Shown here piece after piece: positions 54,780 through 64,000 of a stretch of 64,000 bases of DNA (position 1 is its first letter; each line of letters starts with the position of its first letter). The notes under the pieces were generated by a model, which searched no databases, was not told the DNA's origin, and saw only the letters and a list, made by a program, of their open reading frames with translations. The translations under genes were made by a program, and so were the position numbers. The stretch is from the human T2T-CHM13v2.0 reference genome, Homo sapiens, in the NCBI RefSeq assembly GCF_009914755.1, contig NC_060939.1; one strand, given 5' to 3'.

Positions 54780-56633
54780 TTCTTTGCTTTGAATGTAAAT
54801 GTTTTAAATTCTCCAATCAAAAATATAGAGAGGCAGAATGGATGAAAAAGTGAGCACCAAACTATATGCTGCCTACAAGAGACTCAGTTCACCTTAAAAC
54901 ACCCTTATAGACTAAAGGAATAATAATAATAAAAAAGATATTCCATGCAAATAGAAACAAAAAGAGCAAAGATAGCTATACTAACCTTAGACAGAATAGG
55001 TTTTAGGTCGAAAACTGTAAAAAGGACAATAAAGGTTATAATATAGTGATTAAGAATCCAATTCATCAAGAGGATAAAACAATGGTAAATATATATGCAC
55101 CCAACATTGCAGCACATAAATACATAAAGCAAACAAGTCTGAAGAGGCATAGACTGCAACACAATAATAGCAGGAAATTCAATACCCCACTATCAACATT
55201 GGATAAAACTTCCAGACAGAAAATCAATAAGGAAACATTGGGCTTGAACTACTTTAGGCCAAAGGAACCTAATAGATATTTACAGAACATTCCTTTCGAC
55301 AGCAACAGAAGAGAAATTCTTCTCAAGTGCACATGAAACATTCTCCAGGAGAGATCATATGTTTGGCCACAAAAAAGTCTTAACACATTTAAGGTTAAAA
55401 TCATGTCAAGTATCTTTTTCAACCACAATGCTATGAAACTAGGTATCAATAAAAGGAAGAATCATGGAAAATTGAGAAGTGTGTGAAAATTAAACAATAT
55501 GCTCCTGAAGGAGCATATGACCCTATCTTACTGGGTCAAAGAAGAAATTAAAGGAGAAATTAAAAAACATCTTGAGACAAAAAAAATGCGAACACAATAT
55601 CCCAAAATTTATGGGATGCAGCAAAAGCAGTTCTAAGAGGGAAGTTTGTAGCAATAAATGCCTACATCAAAAAGGAAGAAGGATCTCAAATAAACAACCT
55701 AACATTATAGCTCAAAGGATTAGAAAAAGAAGACAAGCCCAAAGATAGCAGAATAAAGGACATAACAAAGATTAGGGCATAAATAAATAAAATTGAGCCT
55801 GGCAAAACAATGCAAAAATCAATAAAACAGAGTTTTATTTTATTTTATTTTAATTATTTTATTTTTTAGACAGTCTCGCTCTGTTGCCCGGGCTGGAGTG
55901 CAGTGGCACGACCTCAGCCCACTGCAACCTCCGCCTCCTGGGATCAAGCATTCTCCTGCCTCAGCATCCTGAGTAGCCAGGACTACAGGCATGTGTCACC
56001 ATGCCTGGCTAATTTTTGTATTTTTTAATAGAGACGGGGTTTCACCGTATTGGCCAGGCTGGTCGCGAACTCCTAACCTTGTGATCTGCCAGCCTCAGCC
56101 TCCCAAAGTGCTGGGATTACAGCGTGAGCCACTGTGCCTGGCCTAAAACTGAGCTGTTTTGAAAAGCTAAATAAAAGGGACAAACCCTTAGCTAGACTAA
56201 GAAAAACAGGGGCAGGACTCAAATAAATAAAATCAGAAATGGAAGGGGAGACATTATAACCGGTAACACGGAAATACAAAGGATCATAAGACACTACTTA
56301 TAAACAACTGTATTATTAACAACAGTTAAATACAGTTAAACTGTATTTAACAACAAATTGGGCAATCTAGACAAAATGGATACATTCCTAGAAACCTATA
56401 ACCTACCAAGACTGAATCACAAAGAAGCTGGAAATCTGAACAGACCAAGAATAACTATTGAGATTGAATCAGTCATTAAAAGTCTCCCATCAAACAAATG
56501 CCCAGGATCAGATAACTTCATGGCTGAATTCTACCAAAAATTTAAAGAGCTAATAGCAATGTTTCTCAAACTCTTTCAAGAAAACTAACATTGAAGAAGA
56601 GGGAATACTTCTAAACTAATTTTACAAGGCCAG
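54780..56633 (+). mobile_element. Old L1 ORF2 fragment (endonuclease region) interrupted by an AluS
   Basis: Peptides NIYAPN, FNTPLS, NLDKMDTFLETYNLPRL and CPGSDNFMAEFYQ in the track ORFs. Confidence 0.85.
55833..56143 (-). mobile_element. AluS (Sg/Sx-like)
   Basis: Dimeric Alu. TSD taaaacagag (55823-55832)/taaaactgag (56144-56153). Confidence 0.92.
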
Positions 56634-56999
56634 AAATATTCTAAAATCTATGAGCTGATATTTTACTTCTGTGTAACACAAAGTAGACTTAGATATTTTA
56701 TAGATTCACTTTTAAGATCAATGGCATACATGAAATAAATGATCAATAAAAAATATTAAGTATAGTTATGCAGTTAATGATAATAACTGCTGGTGATAGC
56801 TCAAATACCCCTTTTTTGTACATTAAAAATTACTGTAAAGTTTTTGGGGTGTACAGAACAAATAATAAGTGAAAGATGTGTGGAACACAGAGAATTTTTT
56901 TAAAAGAAGGGATTTGAAATATTTATTCCTGAAACATTTTCCTAATCTTTCTTATCAGTTTTCAAGATGATGAGTACTGGAAACTGAAAGAAGCTCGAG

Positions 57000-57700
57000 T
57001 AGAGAGTGTCTGAAGGTGGAAGAGTTGAAGCTAAAAATGTAGACAAAAGCCAGGTCCTATATAGCCTTCTGTTTCATTTTAAGGAGTTTATGCTTGAAAG
57101 TAAGGTCACAAAGAACACTGAGAAATTCAAACAAAACAATGATATGATCCAATTTGACTTCTGAAAAGATCATTCCAGCTTCAGTCAAGTTCCTTGGTAG
57201 AAAATAAGACTGAAGGTAAGAAGGCAAATAAACAAGGTGCTGCAATAGACTAGATGAGAGAGGATGTAATAGACAAAGCATTAGTATAGAAGAGAACAGA
57301 TTTTAGAGCAGCATATGGTAGGTAAGATATATAATACCGGTGAATTGGATGTGGGGAATACAGGAGACAGAAAAGGGAATAATGAGTCTCAGGTTTTTGG
57401 CTTTGAGCAAATTAAAAGATGGTGGCACCAAGTGTTATTCCTTCAAATATATATATATATAAACCAAATAGATGAAGGTTTGGGAAGGACAATAAAGGGT
57501 GAATTCAATATTAATTGTGTTAAAATTGACATGTATTTAAGTTTCCCATGAATCATCAGAGAAGAGTTATCTAATTAGATTTTGGTATATAGAAACAGAA
57601 GCCATGAAGTGAAATCTCAAGAAGAATAGATGAAATGAGAAGAGAAGATACAGGAAAAAACCTTGAGGAATACCAGATTCTAATGAACTCATAGTAATAA
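57000..57700 (-). mobile_element. Degraded L2 fragment
   Basis: gatatgatccaatttgacttctgaaaagatcattccagct, aatgagtctcaggtttttggctttgagcaa. Confidence 0.6.
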
Positions 57701-57744
57701 TGAAATGTTCAAAATGCAAATCTGGTCTGGTCATTTTCTTTCCC

Positions 57745-59966
57745 CATTAGCTTTATTGAGATATAGTTGAGAATTAAAAATTGTACATATTTAAGGTGTA
57801 TAACTTGATGACTTTATATATGCAAACACTGTAAAATATTCACCACAATCAAGCAAATTAACATACCCATCTCCTCACACAGTTACCATTTGTGTGTGTG
57901 TTGTGAGAACACTTAAGATCTATCCTCTTAGCAAATTTCAAGTATACAACACAGTGTTGTTAACTATAGACACACTGTTGTACATTAGATCTCCAGAACT
58001 TGTTTATCTTGCATAACTAACTCTGTACCCCTTAATCAACATCTTCCCAAATCCTCCTCTCCATCCTCTGGTAACTACCATTCTATTCTTTATTTCTTAA
58101 GTTTGACATTTTTAGATCACACATATAAGTGATACGATGCAGTATTTGTCTTTCTGTATCTGGTTTATTTTACATAGTATAAGGTCCTCCAGGTTCATCC
58201 GTGTTGTTGAAAATGGTTAGATTTCCTTTTTAAAGGTTGAATAATACTTCATTGTATAAATATACCACATTTTCTTTAGACATTCATCTATTGATATACA
58301 CTTAGGCTGTTTTCATATCTTAGTGATTGTGAATAATGCTAAAATAAACATGTGAGTGCAGATATCTCTTGGAGATATTGATTTAATTTCCTTTGGGTAT
58401 ATACTCAGAAGTGTGATTGCCGGATCATACAGTAGTTACATTTTAAAAATTTTGAGGAATCTCCATACTGTTTTCCATAATGGCTGTACCAATTTACATT
58501 CCCACCAACAGTATACAAGGGTTCCCTTTTCTCCAACACTTATCTTTCACTTTTCTGATACTCATTCTAACAGGTGTGACGTGATACCTCATTGTGGTTT
58601 TGATTGGCATTTCCCTGATGATTAGTGAAATTTAGTACTTTTTCTTATACCTGTTTGTCATTTGTATGTCTCATTTGGAGAAATGTCCATTCAAGTCCTT
58701 TGCCCTTTTTAAAACAAAGTTATTTGTCTTTTTGCTATGAAGTTGCATGAGTTCCTTATATATTTTAAATGTTAACTCCTTAACATATATAGGATTTGTA
58801 AATATTGTTTTTCACTCCCCAGGTTGCCTTTTCACTCTGCTCTTTCCTTTGCTGTGCAGAAGCTTTTTAGTTTGATGCAATCCTATATGTCTATTTTAGC
58901 TTTTCTTGCCTGTGTTTTTGGTGTCATATAAAAAAAAATCATTGTCCAGTCCAATGACAAGATTTTTTCCTTTGTTTTCTTCAAGGAGTTTTACATTTTT
59001 GGGTCTTGCATTAAAGTTTTAAATCCATTTTGAGTTGAATATGGTGTGAGATAAGGGTTTTAAATCTATTTTGAGTTGTATATGGTGTGAGATAAGGGTC
59101 CACTTCTTCCACATGTAGATATGGATAATTTTCCTGGCACCATTTATTGAAAAGACTATCCATTCCCATTGTATGTTTTGGCACCCCTGTGGAAGATCAG
59201 TTGACCATAGATGTGTACATTTATTTCTAGGCTCTCTATTCTATTCCATTGGTCTCTATACTTGTTTTTATGCCAGTGCCATTCTGTTTTCATTACCCTA
59301 GCTTTATAATATGTTTAGAAATCAGAAACTGATTCCTTTGTTCTTCTTCCTAAAGATTAATTTGGCTACTTGTGGTCTTTTGTGGTTCCATATGAATTTT
59401 GGGATTTTTTTTTCTATTTTTATAAAGAATGCCATTGAGAATTTGATAAGGATTACATTGAATCTGTAGATCACTTGGGGTAATATGAACATTTTAACAT
59501 ATTAATTATTTCAATCCAAGAATATGGCTGTATTTCCATTAATGTTTGACTTTTTAAATTTCCTTCAGCAATATTTTACAATTTTCAGTGTGCAAGACTT
59601 TCACTTCTTGGTTAAGATTATTCCTAATTATTTTATTCTTCTTGTCGCTATTGTGAATGTGACTGTTTTCTTGATTTCCTTTTCAGATAGTTTGTTATTT
59701 GCATATAGAAATGCTACTGATTGTTGTATGCTGATTTTATATTCTGCAACTTTACTGAATTTATGTATTAGTTCTAACAGGATTTTTTTTTTTGTCAAGT
59801 CTTTTCAATATGTATGATATTATCTGTAAGTAGAAATAATTTTGCTTTCTTCTTTCTAATTTGAATGTCTTTTATTTCTTTTTCTTGCTTAATTTCTCTG
59901 GCTAGGATTTCTAGTACAATGTTTAATATAAGTGGCAAGAGTGGGCATCCTTGCCTTGTACTGTAA
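57745..59966 (-). mobile_element. L1MA9-like 5'-truncated element
   Basis: Antisense 3' UTR agctttattgagatatagttg...gagaacacttaagatctatcctcttagcaaatttcaagtatac. Degenerate TSD tctggtcattttct (57726-57739)/tctgataattttct (59967-59980). Confidence 0.85.
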
Positions 59967-60919
59967 TCTGATAATTTTCTATTTCAAAATCCTTCAATAA
60001 TACTTCTGGGCAAGATGGTTATATAAGCACTGGCATCTAATTCTTTCCTTTTCTTCTCTTCCCAATTGAAAACACCACTGAAAAGATTACTGAATAAAGG
60101 AGAAGAATATATCAGGACTGAAAAACTGGGAAAGAATACTATGAATATACCTAGGACTTGAACTTAATCCTGCTTGAGTGAAGATGGAATCAAATTAATA
60201 GAAAAAGCTGTCCTTTGACTTCTCCAGTACAAGAATAACTTGCTAGAAAAGAAAGTACAGGAAACTTTGGAGAACCCTGATTACAGCCTCCTTCAGACCC
60301 TGTGTTGTGAGATAGAATTCCTTATCTGGTTCTCATGTAAAATTAAACTGAATGTGACCTACGTACATTTCTGCAAATGTACTCACATATAGTTGAGACA
60401 GCAACCAATACAAGTAGTATTTTCTATAAGACAATTCACTGGAGGACAAGCCCTGCAAATGTTATAACATACCCTTGCTCCAAGAAGTTTTAATACATAA
60501 ATGTTGGGCTCTCAGCTAAGATAGTATGTCTCACTTTCCAATCATGCCAAGTAAGAAATGGTATTTGTATTAAGGTACAAATATCCTCCTGGACAGTACA
60601 GCCATTAAATAATCTGACTACTACATAGAGAAACAGAAAAACACTTGCTGGTTTACCTTTTCAGAAGGAGTTTTTAATTAACTGTTACATATTATCATGA
60701 AAGCTATTATAGTGTAAGTTGCCTGACAGAGCCATATGTTTTACTACAGAGGGTTAACTTTCATACTAGCATTCATTAAAATAGAATCTTTTCCTATTTA
60801 TTTGTAAATATTACAATTAACATATTTTTTAAAGATCAGAAGAAATTGGAGCCATTGGTTGAGATACAGGTAGAAAGACAAATTTTAGAATTACGATATA
60901 GTGCATATTTCTTGGCAGG

Positions 60920-61190
60920 TAATATATATGTATAAAACATACCTATATACATATCTAATGTACATACATATCCATATATAAGATATATATGGAAGTGTGT
61001 GTGTATGTGTGTGTGTGTATGGGTGTGTGTGTGTATGGGTGTGTGTACAAAGTAGCTTTGGGATGGATAGACTCAATCTATTCCAAAATTCAAGAAAGAC
61101 ATCCTTTCCATGTATATCATATATATATATATGACATGACATATATATATATATATATATCTCATATATCCATATATATCCTATCCATAT
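60920..61190. repeat. Complex (TA)n/(TG)n low-complexity tract
   Basis: Read directly. Confidence 0.85.
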
Positions 61191-62589
61191 AACCAGCACC
61201 AAAAAGTTATATGCCTAAGTTACTTTTAGGACAGCCTGCCTTACCCAGTGAAGAAAATGATATGCTAGCAATAAAATAAGCAAAACCAGCATTTCCTTCC
61301 CCTGCTGTTATAATCTGTTACTCCCCTTTATAAACTGAGCAAATAGAGACTCTCTTCAGGTGGCTGTGTGACTACTGGTATTTGTATTTGAAACTTAAGG
61401 AAAGACTGTATCACACATACAGTACTCGAAATTTGTATTTAACTCTTTTTTTTTCTTAAGTTGAAAATGGTAGATAATTTACAACACATGTTGGGAGTTT
61501 TGAAAGTTTCAACTTTCGATGTTTCAATACTTCAGTTATAAAATTCAAAAATTCTCTGCTAAGGTACTTTGCATAAAGGTAGAAATATATTCAAATCACA
61601 ATTAACTCTACTTGAAAGCACATTAAGTAACCTTTTTTAAACAAAATAATTATTTGAACAAAGTTCAGGTGTAAAAATGTTAACTATAGAATATAAAAGA
61701 ATAATACAAATTGCTTTTAACCTTTACTGTTCAGCATTCTTTTCTAAGAAGGTTATTGCAATGAATGATTTTAATTATGTCCATTATTAGCCAAATAAAT
61801 GACAGAAGAACACGATGTGTAGAAGCATTAATTAACATACCTTATCTTGGCTTATTGGGGCAGGTATGAAAGAGGAATAAGATTAATGTAAAATATAGGA
61901 ATTACCACAGGTTAGTATGTGTAGGAGTAGAACTCAGAAATTGGGAAGGCTGCACAATTCAAGCTCATGTTCTAATTGGTATGGGCATCTCTTAATGTTA
62001 ACCCAAAAGGTGAGACTTCAAAAAGTATATGTTAAAAATCTGAAGAAAAAATCTGGTTAGCAGCCCTCTGAGAGAAAAGTAAAAAGTTTAAAGAACCATC
62101 CAGGTTTCTAGGAAGACATATAAGGACACTGGCCATGAGAGATATATATACTGTGACATTATCTGAAAGGTCAAAAGAGAAATTTGTGGATGGTTTAAAA
62201 AAAAAAAAACAACCTTGAAACAATTCCATAGAGACATTTATGAACACGTTGAAAATATCTAAAACATCTTATAACATGACATTTTTCCCCCTGAATTAAA
62301 TACCAAAAATGTACTGTCAGGGGAAGAAAGAATCTAAAAAAAAAAAAAGATAAAAAAAAAGACAAAAGGAAACACAAGGACTAAATAGACACCATGAGTG
62401 GTAGGACTAACGGCTGAGTTTCTCCTCTGGTAATGAGGACAGCAAGTAAAGAGGATGTGAGGTTTAGAGGATGTAAGAAGCAGAGAAGTTTAGTTTAGTT
62501 TTATTTTGCATTGACCTCTGCTGTACAGGAGAGTGAGGAAACGACTATTCCAAGGGCACTTTCTGAGAAAAACAGTGGGGTAGTAGTAG

Positions 62590-63190
62590 AGAGCAATCTC
62601 CTAGGAGGAAATAATAGAGCAACTTGAGAAATTCCACAGCAATAAATCACCATGGCCAGATGGTATTCAACTGAGAGTTTCTGAAGGAAATAAAGTGTGA
62701 AATGGCTGAGCTACAGATGAGGATATGCAATGTATTTGGAAAACAAGCAAGTATTTCCAAATATTGCGATTTTGCTAATATGAAGCTTTTCTTTCAGAAA
62801 GAAAAATAATCGAATTAAGATTTTATGGAATTACAGACCAGAGGCTCTCTTGGTGATAATGGAGAAACTGATAGAGTCTAATTAAGAATAGCTTCCTTCA
62901 ACATCAGGATAAGGTTAACCTGCTAAGGTCAAATTGCCCACTGAGTCTATAAAGAGAACACTGTTTCTCTCCATCCTATTAAACTTATCTGGAAATGTCA
63001 ATAAAATACTAGATAGAAGTAAACCAGTAAATGTAATTTATTTGGGAATTACATGAAGCTTTAAACAAGGTCACATGAGAGTATTGGGGAAAATAAATAA
63101 GCACAGTCTTTGGAAGGAAAGGCCACAGGAGAAACTTCTGTCATTAACTGTAAAACTTGCTAAGTAATGAAAACAAAGTTTCAGGGACAA
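62590..63190 (+). mobile_element. Ancient CR1/L3 LINE reverse-transcriptase fragment
   Basis: Collinear remnants NKSPWPDGIQLRV/LKE (62641), NYRP (62829) and VNKILDRSKPVNVIYL (62997). These match the CR1 ORF2 motifs KSPGPDGIHPRVLKE, NYRP and VDVIYLDF. Confidence 0.75.
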
Positions 63191-63479
63191 TTTCTCTTTC
63201 TTTTCTTCCCTACAATGGGGTTACCTCTTCCAGAAGCATAGATCACCTTCAAATTAAAAAAAAGAAAAAATACACAAAAAAGGAATTTCACTGCAGACAA
63301 GAGGCAGCCTAAGAATATGGAAGGGAAGATGAGCTCCCAAACCAAGAAGGAAAGTAGACCAGGAGGCAATGGCATAATAAGCATGCAGCAAGATTTTTAT
63401 GTATCAAATAGAATCGGAAAGCCACACGAGTTTAATTTTCTCATCACTGTGTCTGTGTAAGCATCAAATTTTAATGAAA

Positions 63480-63720
63480 ACTAACAAGTGATAAAGTAAT
63501 AAGACAGTTTTTTTATGTATTTAAATGAGGGCTGTCTCCTTTGAAGTTGTCACCTTTGAATACTATATGCTTATCCAATAGTATATAGCTTATCCAATAG
63601 TTTGATGCCCTGGATCAAACTACTTCTAAAAATTTTTCTATAAAACTGTCTTCAGAGCCAGTTGCATATTGTTTTGAAATTATCTAATGGAGGCAAATCT
63701 TCATCCTTTAAGGGTGGAGC
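63480..63720. mobile_element. MARNA-like (mariner-derived) fragment
   Basis: tctcctttgaagttgtcacctt...tgtcttcagagcc...aatggaggcaaatcttcatcctttaagggtgga. Confidence 0.6.
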
Positions 63721-64000
63721 CAGAAGCCATCAAGGAAGAATGGAATTTCTCTCCAAAAAGCAAACTTAGTCTACAGCTAAAACAGTTCTACACACTCCAA
63801 TTAACTCTTCTGTCAAAGAAGCAGTATTATACAGGAAAAAAACAAGGGACATGCAGTAGAATCTTGAAGAAATCTACCCATGGGCCTGGGGCAATCTCCT
63901 GGGTCACAATTTGGGAGCTCCAAATGTTAGAAAGTTTCTATGCCACACACGCTAAGACCTGTTTCACTGTATAACTTCCACTTGCTCTTTGAATTGTCCT

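Overview
AT-rich, repeat-dense human (or great-ape) genomic DNA. It holds the 3' half of DPH6 (ATPBD4, diphthine--ammonia ligase) on the minus strand. Four coding exons (46159-46220, 17142-17236, 8841-8928, 7470-7523) splice in frame to give ...[99 protein letters not shown]. The last intron is a GC-AG intron and carries the MIR3942 hairpin next to its 3' splice site. The introns also contain an HNRNPA1 (A1-B isoform) processed pseudogene, a ~185 bp MT-ND1 NUMT, and a full-length dead L1PA4-like element with an open ORF0. Many older repeats are present (L1PA/MA/MC, HAL1, L2, MIR, CR1/L3, Alu, MER21, MER34, MLT1, Tigger3, MER20, MER30, MARNA). Nearly all ORFs in the supplied track are repeat-derived or spurious. 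I see no new multi-gene system. The best leads are hypotheses about DPH6 splicing: an 18-nt stop-containing microexon candidate, a distal in-frame alternative terminal exon candidate, and the GC donor/MIR3942/branch-point arrangement. Repeat subfamily names, exon numbers and locus symbols come from recognition, not from database searches.
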